From Escherichia coli (GTDB lineage Bacteria; Pseudomonadota; Gammaproteobacteria; Enterobacterales; Enterobacteriaceae): a DNA stretch of 64,000 bases. The position numbers and the translations under genes are program-made. This document shows positions 52,051 to 62,569 of the stretch, one piece after another. The stretch lies in the NCBI RefSeq assembly GCF_965641715.1, contig NZ_OZ282453.1; one strand, given 5' to 3'. The notes beneath the pieces were generated by a model, which worked only from the letters and a program-made list of their open reading frames with translations, did no database searches and was not told the origin of the DNA. Within the stretch, counting starts at the first letter, position 1; each line of letters begins with the position of its first letter.

Positions 52051-54483
52051 ATGGCGGAACTGAACCTAAGTAACCTGACGGAAGCAGACATCATTACCAA
52101 ATGCGTTATGCCAGCCATTCTCAATGCAGGCTGGGACAACACAACGCAAATCAGACAGGAGGTCAAACTCCGGGACGGTAAAGTCATCGTACGTGGTAAA
52201 GTTGCGGCACGCAGAACGGTAAAATCTGCTGACATCGTGCTGTACCACAAGCCAGGCATTCCCTTAGCCGTGATTGAAGCAAAAGCCAACAAACATGAAA
52301 TTGGCAAAGGGATGCAACAGGGCATTGAATATGCGCGCCTGCTGGACGTTCCTTTTGTTTTTGCCACCAATGGTGATGGCTTTATCTTCCGCGATGCCAC
52401 CGCAGCTGAAGGTGAATGCCTTGAAAAGCAAATAACGCTGGATGACTTCCCCTCCCCCGCTGAACTCTGGCAAAAATTCTGCCTCTGGAAAGGATACACA
52501 CAAGCTCAGCTTCCGGTGATTACTCAGGACTATTACGACGATGGTAGCGGTAAATCGCCTCGTTATTATCAACTTCAGGCAATCAACAAAACCATTGAAG
52601 CCGTCTCCAACGGGCAAAACCGCGTTCTGCTGGTCATGGCGACCGGAACAGGGAAAACCTATACCGCATTCCAGATCATCTGGCGCCTGTGGAAATCAAA
52701 AAATAAAAAACGCATTCTGTTCCTTGCCGATCGCAACATTCTGGTCGACCAAACCAAAAATAATGATTTCCAGCCATTTGGTACGGCAATGACCAAAGTC
52801 AGCGGACGCACCATTGATCCCGCTTATGAAATTCACCTCGCGCTCTATCAGGCTATAACTGGCCCGGAGGAAGACCAAAAAGCGTTTAAACAAGTCGCAC
52901 CAGATTTCTTCGATCTGATCGTGATCGACGAATGCCATCGCGGCAGCGCATCCGAAGACAGCGCCTGGCGAGAGATCCTTGATTATTTCAGTTCCGCCAC
53001 CCAAATTGGCTTAACCGCCACGCCAAAAGAGACGCATGAAGTCTCCAGCACGGATTACTTCGGCGATCCGGTTTACGTCTACTCGCTAAAAGAAGGGATC
53101 GAAGACGGCTTCCTCGCCCCTTATAAAGTTGTCCGTGTTGATATTGATGTTGATCTGCAAGGCTGGCGCCCAACCAAAGGGCAAACTGACTTAAACGGCG
53201 AAGTGATCGACGATCGTATCTATAACCAGAAAGATTTCGATCGCACGATGGTAATCGACGAACGCACAGAACTGGTTGCCAGAACCATTACCGACTACCT
53301 CAAGCGCACCAATCCGATGGATAAAACCATCGTCTTCTGTAACGACATCGATCATGCAGAACGTATGCGCCGCGCCCTGGTTAATCTCAACCCGGAGCAG
53401 GTGAAAAAGAACGACAAATACGTCATGAAAATCACCGGCGATGATGAAATTGGCAAAGCTCAGTTGGATAACTTCATCAACCCGAAAAAACCGTACCCGG
53501 TTATCGCGACCACTTCAGAGCTGATGACCACCGGTGTGGATGCTAAAACCTGCAAACTGGTAGTACTGGACCAGAACATCCAGTCGATGACCAAATTCAA
53601 GCAGATTATCGGTCGTGGTACACGCATCGACGAACGTTACGGCAAACTCTGGTTTACCATCCTCGACTTTAAAAAAGCCACCGAACTGTTTGCCGATGAG
53701 CGTTTCGATGGCATTCCCGAAAAAGTCATGGATACCACACCAGAGGATATCGCCGATCCAGACTCTGATTTTGAAGAGAAACTCGAAGAAATCAGCGAAC
53801 ATGTCGACGAACAGGTAACAGGCGTTGATGAACCGCCTGCGCCACCATACCAGGTTAAAGATACCGATGATGTCGGCCCACTTCCGGAAGAAGACGAGAA
53901 GAAAATCCGCAAGTTTCACGTCAACGGTGTAGCGGTGGGCGTTATTGCCCAGCGTGTTCAGTATTACGACGCCGACGGTAAACTGGTTACCGAATCCTTT
54001 AAAGATTACACTCGCAAAACACTGCTCAAAGAATATGCCTCGCTGGATGACTTTACCCGCAAGTGGCAGGACGCCGATCGCAAAGAAGCGATCATTCACG
54101 AGCTGGAGCAACAGGGGATCATCTGGGAAGTACTGGCAGAAGAAGTCGGTAAAGATCTCGACCCATTCGACATGCTTTGCCACGTAGTGTATGGTCAGCC
54201 GCCGTTAACCCGCAAAGAGCGCGCCGAGAACGTGCGCAAGCGGAACTACTTCACAAAATACTCTGAAGCAGCGCAAGCCGTGCTCGATAATCTGCTGGAT
54301 AAATACGCCGATGCGGGCGTACAGGAGATCGAAAGTATTCAGGTGCTGAAACTTAAGCCATTCGACAGCATGGGCACCTTACCGGAGATTATTAAAACCG
54401 GATTTGGCGACCGTAACGGGTATAATCAGGCGCTCAGCGAGCTGGAAAACGAAATCTACCAATTACCGCCCCGCTCTGCTTAA
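52051..54483 (+). CDS. hsdR: Type I restriction enzyme R subunit (non-EcoKI size class)
   Basis: 810 aa; PD-(D/E)xK-like N-terminus; helicase motif [14 protein letters not shown] and motif II DECHRG. Confidence 0.85.
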   Translation: MAELNLSNLTEADIITKCVMPAILNAGWDNTTQIRQEVKLRDGKVIVRGKVAARRTVKSADIVLYHKPGIPLAVIEAKANKHEIGKGMQQGIEYARLLDVPFVFATNGDGFIFRDATAAEGECLEKQITLDDFPSPAELWQKFCLWKGYTQAQLPVITQDYYDDGSGKSPRYYQLQAINKTIEAVSNGQNRVLLVMATGTGKTYTAFQIIWRLWKSKNKKRILFLADRNILVDQTKNNDFQPFGTAMTKVSGRTIDPAYEIHLALYQAITGPEEDQKAFKQVAPDFFDLIVIDECHRGSASEDSAWREILDYFSSATQIGLTATPKETHEVSSTDYFGDPVYVYSLKEGIEDGFLAPYKVVRVDIDVDLQGWRPTKGQTDLNGEVIDDRIYNQKDFDRTMVIDERTELVARTITDYLKRTNPMDKTIVFCNDIDHAERMRRALVNLNPEQVKKNDKYVMKITGDDEIGKAQLDNFINPKKPYPVIATTSELMTTGVDAKTCKLVVLDQNIQSMTKFKQIIGRGTRIDERYGKLWFTILDFKKATELFADERFDGIPEKVMDTTPEDIADPDSDFEEKLEEISEHVDEQVTGVDEPPAPPYQVKDTDDVGPLPEEDEKKIRKFHVNGVAVGVIAQRVQYYDADGKLVTESFKDYTRKTLLKEYASLDDFTRKWQDADRKEAIIHELEQQGIIWEVLAEEVGKDLDPFDMLCHVVYGQPPLTRKERAENVRKRNYFTKYSEAAQAVLDNLLDKYADAGVQEIESIQVLKLKPFDSMGTLPEIIKTGFGDRNGYNQALSELENEIYQLPPRSA

Positions 54484-54549
54484 CAACTCTCTTTTGTGCC
54501 TTCTGCAACCATCATGTTGCAGAAGGCCTTGTTTTTCATGGAATACAAC

Positions 54550-56019
54550 ATGTCTATCAGCTCAGTAATCAAATCATTACAAGATATTATGCGCAAAGAT
54601 GCCGGTGTGGACGGCGATGCGCAGCGTCTCGGTCAGCTCTCCTGGCTGCTATTTTTGAAAATCTTCGATGCCCAGGAAGAGGCGCTGGAACTGGAGCAGG
54701 ATAACTATCAATATCCGATCCCACAGCGTTATTTGTGGCGCAGTTGGGCCGCCAACGCGCAGGGCATTACCGGTGATTCCCTGCTGGAATTCGTTAATGA
54801 TGATCTGTTCCCGGCGTTGAAAAACCTCACTGCGCCTATCGATAAAAACCCACGCGGCTACGTGGTAAAGCAGGCGTTCAGCGATGCCTATAACTATATG
54901 AAAAACGGTACGCTACTGCGTCAGGTGATCAACAAGCTGAACGAAATTGACTTTACCAGCGCCAGCGAACGCCATCTGTTTGGTGATATTTACGAACAGA
55001 TCCTTAAAGATCTGCAATCTGCGGGCAATGCTGGCGAATTCTATACTCCACGCGCCGTCACTCGCTTTATGGTGGATCGCGTCGATCCGAAACTCGGCGA
55101 ATCCATTATGGACCCGGCCTGCGGTACGGGCGGTTTTCTTGCCTGCGCATTTGATCATGTAAAGAACAAATACGTGAAGAGCGTCGCCGATCATCAGACG
55201 CTGCAACAACAGATCCACGGTGTTGAGAAAAAACAGCTTCCGCACCTGCTGGCGACCACCAATATGCTGCTGCACGGCATTGAAGTACCGGTACAAATTC
55301 GTCACGACAACACCCTGAACAAACCGCTTTCCTCCTGGGATGAACAACTGGATGTCATTGTTACCAACCCGCCGTTTGGTGGCACGGAAGAAGATGGTAT
55401 TGAGAAGAACTTTCCAGCAGAGATGCAAACCCGCGAAACGGCGGATTTGTTCCTGCAACTGATTGTGGAAGTACTGGCGAAAAACGGTCGCGCGGCGGTG
55501 GTATTGCCGGATGGCACACTATTTGGCGAAGGCGTTAAAACCAAAATCAAAAAGCTACTTACCGAAGAGTGCAACCTGCATACCATCGTGCGCTTACCGA
55601 ATGGTGTGTTTAACCCCTATACCGGCATTAAAACCAACCTGTTGTTCTTTACCAAAGGTCAGCCAACCAAAGAGATTTGGTTCTATGAGCATCCGTATCC
55701 GGCGGGCGTGAAAAACTACAGCAAAACCAAGCCGATGAAGTTTGAAGAGTTTCAGGCGGAGATCGACTGGTGGGGTAACGAGGCCGATGGTTTTGCCAGC
55801 CGCGTCGAGAATGAGCAAGCGTGGAAAGTCAGCATTGATGACGTGATTGCGCGTAACTTCAATCTGGATATTAAAAACCCACATCAGGCGGAAACCGTCA
55901 GCCATGATCCGGACGAACTGTTAGCGCAGTATGCAAAGCAACAGGCGGAGATCCAGACGCTGCGTAATCAACTGCGCGATATTCTCGGCGCTGCGCTGTC
56001 TGGCAAGGAGGTTAACTGA
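54550..56019 (+). CDS. hsdM: Type I restriction-modification N6-adenine methyltransferase M subunit
   Basis: Motif IV NPPFGG; SAM-binding DPACGTGGFL; start could be 54496 or 54538. Confidence 0.85.
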   Translation: MSISSVIKSLQDIMRKDAGVDGDAQRLGQLSWLLFLKIFDAQEEALELEQDNYQYPIPQRYLWRSWAANAQGITGDSLLEFVNDDLFPALKNLTAPIDKNPRGYVVKQAFSDAYNYMKNGTLLRQVINKLNEIDFTSASERHLFGDIYEQILKDLQSAGNAGEFYTPRAVTRFMVDRVDPKLGESIMDPACGTGGFLACAFDHVKNKYVKSVADHQTLQQQIHGVEKKQLPHLLATTNMLLHGIEVPVQIRHDNTLNKPLSSWDEQLDVIVTNPPFGGTEEDGIEKNFPAEMQTRETADLFLQLIVEVLAKNGRAAVVLPDGTLFGEGVKTKIKKLLTEECNLHTIVRLPNGVFNPYTGIKTNLLFFTKGQPTKEIWFYEHPYPAGVKNYSKTKPMKFEEFQAEIDWWGNEADGFASRVENEQAWKVSIDDVIARNFNLDIKNPHQAETVSHDPDELLAQYAKQQAEIQTLRNQLRDILGAALSGKEVN

Positions 56020-57776
56020 TGAGTGTGGAAAAGCTGATCGTTGATCATATGGAAACCTGGACCTCGGCGTTGCAAACCCGTTCCACCGCCGGGCGCGGCA
56101 GCTCCGGTAAGATTGATTTGTATGGTATTAAGAAATTGCGTGAGCTGATTCTGGAACTGGCGGTGCGCGGTAAACTGGTGCCGCAGGATCCGCATGATGA
56201 ACCGGCGTCGGAGCTGCTGAAGCGTAATGAAGAACGGAAAAAAGAATTAGCGCGCAATAATGGTATGAAAACCACAGCAAGCACTAATATCCATGGAAAT
56301 GAATATTATATCGATACCCCCGAAAAGTGGTCATGGATAAGACTTGGTAATTTAGCTAAATTCATCGATTACCGAGGAAAAACACCACATAAAAAAGAAA
56401 ATGGTATAAGGCTTATAACAGCAAAAAATATCAGAAAGGGCTATATTGATCTCAATCCAGAAGAGTTCATATCTGAAGAAGATTACATATCATGGATGAC
56501 AAGAGGCTTTCCTAAATGTGGTGATATTTTATTCACAACTGAAGCACCACTGGGGAATGCAGCGATTATTGATTTAGACGGAAAGTTCGCTCTTGCTCAA
56601 CGTTCTATCTGTTTTCAATGGCATACTCCAGAGATAAGCCCTTTTATGCTTATTCAAATCCTGGCGATCCCCTTCCAGTCACAACTAAGTGACAAATCTA
56701 CAGGCATGACCGCAACAGGAATAAAAGCGTCTAAGTTAAAAGAGATCCCTGTTATTTTACCACCTTACCAAGAACAAATACGTATTGTATCCAAAGTACA
56801 GGAGTTCATGTCCCTATGTGACCAACTGGAACAGCAATCCCTGACCAGTCTGGACGCACATCAGCAACTGGTTGAAACCCTGTTGGAAACACTTACAGAC
56901 AGCCAAAACGCCGAGGAACTGGCTGAAAACTGGGCGCGTATTAGCGAGCATTTCGACACCCTATTTACCACTGAAGCCAGCGTGGATGCGTTAAAACAGA
57001 CCATTCTGCAACTGGCCGTAATGGGTAAACTTGTGCCGCAGGATCCGAATGACGAACCAGCCTCTGAACTGCTCAAACGAATTGCGCAGGAAAAAGCTCA
57101 ACTGGTGAAAGAAGGGAAAATAAAAAAACAAAAACCGTTGCCGCCAATTAGCGATGAGGAAAAGCCGTTTGAACTGCCGGAAGGTTGGGAGTGGTGTCGA
57201 TTGGGTTCTATTTATAATTTTTTAAATGGATATGCCTTTAAAAGTGAGTGGTTTACCTCTGTCGGTTTACGTTTATTGCGGAATGCTAACATTGCTCATG
57301 GAGTTACCAATTGGAAAGATGTTGTACATATACCAAATGACATGATATCCGATTTTGAAAATTATATTTTGTCAGAAAATGATATTGTTATTTCATTAGA
57401 CAGACCAATTATTAATACCGGGTTAAAATATGCTATCATTAGCAAATCAGATTTACCCTGTTTACTGCTCCAACGAGTAGCAAAATTTAAAAATTATGCA
57501 AACACTGTGTCTAACTCCTTCTTGACAATATGGTTGCAATCTTATTTCTTCATAAATTCAATTGATCCTGGAAGAAGTAATGGAGTTCCACATATATCTA
57601 CGAAACAGTTAGAGATGACACTATTTCCTCTTCTACCGCAAAGTGAACAAGATCGTATTATTTCAAAAACGGATGAATTAATACAAACCTGTAATAAACT
57701 GAAATATATTATCAAAACCGCCAAACAAACCCAACTGCACCTTGCAGACGCACTGACTGACGCAGCGATAAACTAA
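56019..57776 (+). CDS. hsdS: Type I restriction-modification specificity subunit with two AT-rich target-recognition domains
   Basis: 585 aa; duplicated conserved spacer (ELAVRGKLVPQDPHDEPASELLKR and LAVMGKLVPQDPNDEPASELLKR) flanking low-GC variable regions. Confidence 0.8.
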   Translation: MSVEKLIVDHMETWTSALQTRSTAGRGSSGKIDLYGIKKLRELILELAVRGKLVPQDPHDEPASELLKRNEERKKELARNNGMKTTASTNIHGNEYYIDTPEKWSWIRLGNLAKFIDYRGKTPHKKENGIRLITAKNIRKGYIDLNPEEFISEEDYISWMTRGFPKCGDILFTTEAPLGNAAIIDLDGKFALAQRSICFQWHTPEISPFMLIQILAIPFQSQLSDKSTGMTATGIKASKLKEIPVILPPYQEQIRIVSKVQEFMSLCDQLEQQSLTSLDAHQQLVETLLETLTDSQNAEELAENWARISEHFDTLFTTEASVDALKQTILQLAVMGKLVPQDPNDEPASELLKRIAQEKAQLVKEGKIKKQKPLPPISDEEKPFELPEGWEWCRLGSIYNFLNGYAFKSEWFTSVGLRLLRNANIAHGVTNWKDVVHIPNDMISDFENYILSENDIVISLDRPIINTGLKYAIISKSDLPCLLLQRVAKFKNYANTVSNSFLTIWLQSYFFINSIDPGRSNGVPHISTKQLEMTLFPLLPQSEQDRIISKTDELIQTCNKLKYIIKTAKQTQLHLADALTDAAIN

Positions 57777-57996
57777 TTCCCTCGCCCTCAAAAAACCAAT
57801 AAAGCGGCTAAATAGCCGCTTTATTCACATCACCAAAAATTATATTTCACGCTAAACTTCATCTTATTTTCATTAATTTTTAGCTGGACTTCCCCTGTAT
57901 TTACTGATGATATATCCAGGTATTTAGCGCGGTGCGGATGTGCGCCAACACACCCGCACCGCTAATCACAATCCCTATTTCTAAGGAATAGTAATC

Positions 57997-58338
57997 ATGA
58001 CTGACACGCATTCTATTGCACAACCGTTCGAAGCAGAAGTCTCCCCGGCAAATAACCGTCAATTAACCGTGAGTTATGCGAGCCGCTACCCGGATTACAG
58101 CCGTATTCCCGCCATCACCCTGAAAGGTCAGTGGCTGGAAGCCGCCGGTTTTGCCACTGGCACGGCGGTAGATGTCAAAGTGATGGAAGGCTGTATTGTC
58201 CTCACCGCCCAACCCGCCGCCGCCGAAGAGAGCGAACTGATGCAGTCACTACGCCAGGTGTGCAAACTGTCGGCGCGTAAACAAAAGCAGGTGCGGGAAT
58301 TTATTGGGGTGATTGCGGGTAAACAGAAAGTCGCCTGA
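57997..58338 (+). CDS. symE: SOS-induced toxin-like protein SymE
   Basis: 113 aa starting [34 protein letters not shown]; matches recalled K-12 SymE; adjacent to hsdS as in K-12. Confidence 0.8.
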   Translation: MTDTHSIAQPFEAEVSPANNRQLTVSYASRYPDYSRIPAITLKGQWLEAAGFATGTAVDVKVMEGCIVLTAQPAAAEESELMQSLRQVCKLSARKQKQVREFIGVIAGKQKVA

Positions 58339-58384
58339 TACATTGACCCGGTAGCGCCAGTGCTACCGGGTATTATTCGCCGCG

Positions 58385-60478
58385 TTATACCAAGGCGCTC
58401 TCCATCTGTTTTTCAAATGCCTGACGAATTAATCCCATAATGTAAGGAAGTTGTGCGAGGTCACTGAAACCAATTTCCACATCACCATTACCCCAGCGCC
58501 CAACATTTGTCACATCTTTGGCAATACCTTTCGGATCGACCAGTTCATGAAACTGCATATTAAGCGACAATCGCAGTCGGCTTTTTTGCGGCACAACATC
58601 AACAAAATTCGTTTCCGCTTTAAACGCAATATATAGCTTCAATACTTCCTGCGTGATCCCTGCGTCCAGGCGCATAACTTCATCGCGAAGATGATCGAAT
58701 AACACCCGGCTATGCGAACCATCAGCAAGAAAAGGATAATCACTCAGGCTGTAACTGGTTTTGTTTTCAGGCTGTCCCCGATAAACAGCTAAAACCTCTT
58801 CAGGAAGAGAAGGCGCTTGCCAGACCTGAACCGCGAGATCGGCCAGACGATCGGCTCGGGCGTGAATGGCGGCTTCATCCCATTTTTCGCACTGTCCAAG
58901 ACCGATATTCAAATAGAGCGGGCTATGCTTAAAGCCGTCTTCAATATCGCGTTTTTCTGCGAAAGGTCTGTCACTGTAACGGGAGTTATAGCGCGTTAAA
59001 GTGAGATTCCCCAACGTATGCAACAGTTCTTTATGAATACGCTGCCAGTCGCTTCCCAGCTCTTCGCGCCATTTAGCCGACAAATTTTCGTTCTGCGGCA
59101 TAATATGTTCAATCGTAAACTCTTCCACGCGCTCTCTGCGTTTATCGTTTTCCAGTCGTCGTAACCAGTAGCTGCGACTACGGAAGTTATAGAGATCGCG
59201 AACTTTTAATTCCCGTTTAAATTCATCATCGTTGGGGAAACGACGATATGAAGGTAGATTCAAAAAATGTACCTGAATACTTTCCAGATAATTTTCTTTA
59301 TTAATAACTTTATAAAAAGTGGCAAATGTCTTGTTCAAAGAATTTGTCGGAATTGCACATACTGCACGGCGGAAAACATAAGATTCAATTAAACGAATTA
59401 TGCTCAGGAAATCTTCGTGAGACAAAACGCCATTTTTATAGTCATGATAAAGCGCCAGTAAGAAAGGATACACCACATCGACCTTTAACTCGCGCAAATC
59501 CTGAAAAGCCGTAGCAAGCAATTTGTCACTTTCTTTTCCCAATGCCATTGCACAGTAATACTCCGCGTAGATATGAATATCTTCAACCAGCCGATCTACG
59601 CCTTTTTCAGCAACACTCTGGCTGCGGGCATGGAGTTTAAATGCCTCATAGACTTCATCTGTCCGAGGGATCTCCCCCGTTTTTACCGTCAGATAATGAC
59701 GCATAAAACTGTCAAAATATTCGCTGTAACCTTGCTGACCAAAGGCGACTTCCATTGGACGCCAGTGATCTTCATACAACCGGGTTTGATGCTCTGGTTC
59801 GAGGCCCATCAGAATAAAATTGCGCACCAGATCGGCCTGACTTAACGCCTTACCGGTGGAGTTCATACTTTCAAAAATCAGTTGCGGATTATCCTGACCA
59901 CGATTAAGCGCCACATCGACAATTAATAACTTTGCTAACCCACGACATAAGGGGATCAAGTCATCACCGAGTTTGGCAATTTGTTCATCAAAGAAAGTAA
60001 AGTTTTCCATTATTCGATGGGAATAGTTTTCTGGCATTGGTCTTTGTTTTATTAACGCCAGTAAACTGTCTTTATCAGTCTCGGTCAGCAGTAATTTAAA
60101 ACCTTTCTCGCCGGACTCATAAGGATTGAGCAAATAATAATTACGCAATTTCATTGCCGAAAAGCCATCAAAAACTTCGTCTTCGCCAAGATGGCGCGAT
60201 AAAGCCTCAATCAGCAACATTGCGGTCGTCAGCCGCTGCTGACCATCAATGACCAGCAACGGAGAAATACCAGAAACCTGATACAATCCCTGCTCTATAT
60301 AAACAACCGAACCGATAAAATGCGCTGATATATCGTCACGCTTTCCTGCACGAATGATGTCGTCCCAAAGTTGCCGACATTGTTGCCCGGTCCATGAATA
60401 AGTCCGTTGATAAATGGGAATAACAAACTGCTGCGAACGTTTTAAAAAATCGAGTAGGCGAGCTTCTGTAGCTTTCAT
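58385..60478 (-). CDS. GmrSD-family type IV (modification-dependent) restriction endonuclease candidate (DUF262 plus DUF1524)
   Basis: 697 aa; N-terminal DUF262 motifs (IPIYQRTYSW, DGQQRLTT); C-terminal His-Me finger-like TIEHIMPQ. Confidence 0.65.
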   Translation of the reverse strand: MKATEARLLDFLKRSQQFVIPIYQRTYSWTGQQCRQLWDDIIRAGKRDDISAHFIGSVVYIEQGLYQVSGISPLLVIDGQQRLTTAMLLIEALSRHLGEDEVFDGFSAMKLRNYYLLNPYESGEKGFKLLLTETDKDSLLALIKQRPMPENYSHRIMENFTFFDEQIAKLGDDLIPLCRGLAKLLIVDVALNRGQDNPQLIFESMNSTGKALSQADLVRNFILMGLEPEHQTRLYEDHWRPMEVAFGQQGYSEYFDSFMRHYLTVKTGEIPRTDEVYEAFKLHARSQSVAEKGVDRLVEDIHIYAEYYCAMALGKESDKLLATAFQDLRELKVDVVYPFLLALYHDYKNGVLSHEDFLSIIRLIESYVFRRAVCAIPTNSLNKTFATFYKVINKENYLESIQVHFLNLPSYRRFPNDDEFKRELKVRDLYNFRSRSYWLRRLENDKRRERVEEFTIEHIMPQNENLSAKWREELGSDWQRIHKELLHTLGNLTLTRYNSRYSDRPFAEKRDIEDGFKHSPLYLNIGLGQCEKWDEAAIHARADRLADLAVQVWQAPSLPEEVLAVYRGQPENKTSYSLSDYPFLADGSHSRVLFDHLRDEVMRLDAGITQEVLKLYIAFKAETNFVDVVPQKSRLRLSLNMQFHELVDPKGIAKDVTNVGRWGNGDVEIGFSDLAQLPYIMGLIRQAFEKQMESALV

Positions 60479-60574
60479 TCTGACGTCTTTCCGTGAAACG
60501 ATGATTTCGCAATAATAACCACTTCCTTGTGGAGGTTATAGAGAAATCCTGTTTATCCGCGACGAACATACCCC

Positions 60575-60739
60575 TCACTCCACATCCTCCCTGCGTAACC
60601 CAATATCCCTCAACCGCTCATCACTCATCTGCTGTAACACTCGTCGGGTCTGCATTTGCCACCGCCAACGCCTCATCGCCTGCCAGAGTTGCACAAGTCT
60701 GATAAACGGCGTTTTGGCTTTGTTTTCGTGAAATTCCAT
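60575..60739 (-). CDS. yjiS: DUF1127 small protein YjiS
   Basis: 54-aa ORF MEFHENKAKTPFIRLVQLWQAMRRWRWQMQTRRVLQQMSDERLRDIGLRREDVE; below the ORF-track size cut-off. Confidence 0.55.
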   Translation of the reverse strand: MEFHENKAKTPFIRLVQLWQAMRRWRWQMQTRRVLQQMSDERLRDIGLRREDVE

Positions 60740-60915
60740 CTGCTGCCTCCTCATCTTTCAGAGGCTTCATCATCCGCCTTCTGGCAGTTCACAATACAGA
60801 TGCAAATATTAGTTTTATTTAACATACAGACAGGTTAAAACAGCATCTGCATCCGGTTTTTTAGCTTCATCTGTACCGGTTTTTCTCTCTGTATGGTCTA
60901 AATAAGGAATACAGC

Positions 60916-62328
60916 ATGACGCGTTATCAACATCTGGCAACTCTGCTTGCCGAGCGGATTGAGCAAGGGCTGTATCGTCACGGGGAGAAATTGCCGTCGG
61001 TGCGCAGCTTAAGTCAGGAGCACGGCGTCAGCATCAGCACCGTGCAGCAGGCGTATCAGACGCTGGAGACGATGAAGCTCATCACTCCGCAGCCGCGTTC
61101 GGGGTATTTTGTCGCACAACGTAAAGCCCAGCCGCCAGTGCCGCCGATGACGCGTCCGGTGCAGCGCCCGGTGGAAATTACCCAGTGGGATCAGGTACTG
61201 GATATGCTGGAGGCGCATAGCGACAGTTCCATTGTTCCGTTAAGCAAAAGCACGCCGGATGTCGAAACGCCCAGCCTGAAACCACTCTGGCGGGAGCTAA
61301 GCCGGGTGGTACAGCATAATCTGCAAACCGTTCTCGGTTATGACTTGCTAGCCGGTCAGCGGGTATTGCGCGAGCAGGTTGCCCGCCTGATGCTCGACAG
61401 CGGCTCGGTGGTCACCGCCGATGACATCATTATCACCAGCGGCTGCCATAACTCGATGTCGCTGGCGTTAATGGCGGTGTGTAAACCGGGCGATATTGTC
61501 GCGGTCGAATCCCCCTGTTATTACGGTTCGATGCAGATGCTGCGCGGCATGGGCGTGAAAGTGATTGAAATCCCAACCGATCCAGAAACTGGCATCAGCG
61601 TTGAAGCGCTGGAACTGGCGCTGGAACAGTGGCCGATTAAAGGCATCATTTTGGTGCCAAACTGTAATAATCCGCTGGGATTTATTATGCCGGACGCGCG
61701 CAAACGGGCCGTTCTCTCTCTCGCTCAGCGTCATGATATTGTGATTTTTGAAGATGATGTCTACGGCGAACTGGCAACGGAGTATCCGCGCCCGCGGACC
61801 ATTCATTCATGGGATATCGACGGGCGAGTGCTGTTGTGCAGCTCGTTCAGTAAAAGTATTGCTCCAGGCCTGCGCGTGGGTTGGGTCGCACCGGGGCGTT
61901 ATCACGATAAACTGCTGCATATGAAATACGCCATCAGCAGCTTTAATGTGCCGTCCACGCAAATGGCGGCAGCAACGTTTGTGCTGGAAGGTCACTATCA
62001 TCGCCATATCCGGCGGATGCGGCAGATCTATCAGCGCAATTTGGCGCTTTATACCTGCTGGATACGGGAATATTTTCCCTGCGAAATCTGTATTACGCGC
62101 CCGAAAGGCGGATTTTTACTGTGGATAGAATTGCCTGAACAGGTCGATATGGTCTGCGTCGCGCGGCAGCTGTGCCGCATGAAAATCCAGGTGGCGGCAG
62201 GCTCGATTTTCTCAGCTTCCGGCAAATACCGTAACTGCCTGCGCATCAACTGCGCTTTGCCGCTCAGCGAAACCTATCGCGAAGCACTGAAGCAAATTGG
62301 CGAGGCCGTGTATCAGGCAATGGAATGA
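60916..62328 (+). CDS. yjiR: MocR-family regulator (GntR HTH fused to aminotransferase-like domain) YjiR
   Basis: 470 aa; N-terminal GntR HTH and class I aminotransferase-like body. Confidence 0.8.
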   Translation: MTRYQHLATLLAERIEQGLYRHGEKLPSVRSLSQEHGVSISTVQQAYQTLETMKLITPQPRSGYFVAQRKAQPPVPPMTRPVQRPVEITQWDQVLDMLEAHSDSSIVPLSKSTPDVETPSLKPLWRELSRVVQHNLQTVLGYDLLAGQRVLREQVARLMLDSGSVVTADDIIITSGCHNSMSLALMAVCKPGDIVAVESPCYYGSMQMLRGMGVKVIEIPTDPETGISVEALELALEQWPIKGIILVPNCNNPLGFIMPDARKRAVLSLAQRHDIVIFEDDVYGELATEYPRPRTIHSWDIDGRVLLCSSFSKSIAPGLRVGWVAPGRYHDKLLHMKYAISSFNVPSTQMAAATFVLEGHYHRHIRRMRQIYQRNLALYTCWIREYFPCEICITRPKGGFLLWIELPEQVDMVCVARQLCRMKIQVAAGSIFSASGKYRNCLRINCALPLSETYREALKQIGEAVYQAME

Positions 62329-62444
62329 ATTCGAATCAGTGGCGAGGCCCCTGATTTCCTCTCACGAATCGCCTGTGACTCGTTTTATCTTTGCAGGGGC
62401 ATCACCACGTTCCAGCATGGCTTAGGCAAAGTGTGCTTTGTTCA

Positions 62445-62545
62445 TACCGGATGCGGCGTGAACGCCTTATCCGGCTTACAAATCGCGCAAATTCAATAGA
62501 TTGCAGAGGTAATGTAGGTCTGATAAGCGTAGCACATCAGGCAGC
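62445..62545. repeat. REP/BIME elements
   Basis: CCGGATGCGGCGTGAACGCCTTATCCGG and GTAGGTCTGATAAGCGTAGCACATCAGGC units. Confidence 0.55.
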
Positions 62546-62569
62546 TTTGCGTTTGTCATCAGTCTCTGA

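Noticed and set aside
52051-54483. Possibility that hsdR is a truncated pseudogene (810 aa versus about 1170 aa for EcoKI HsdR)
   Set aside because: The ORF is uninterrupted, retains nuclease and helicase motifs, and is followed 13 bp later by an ORF continuing into hsdM and hsdS; more consistent with an intact shorter family
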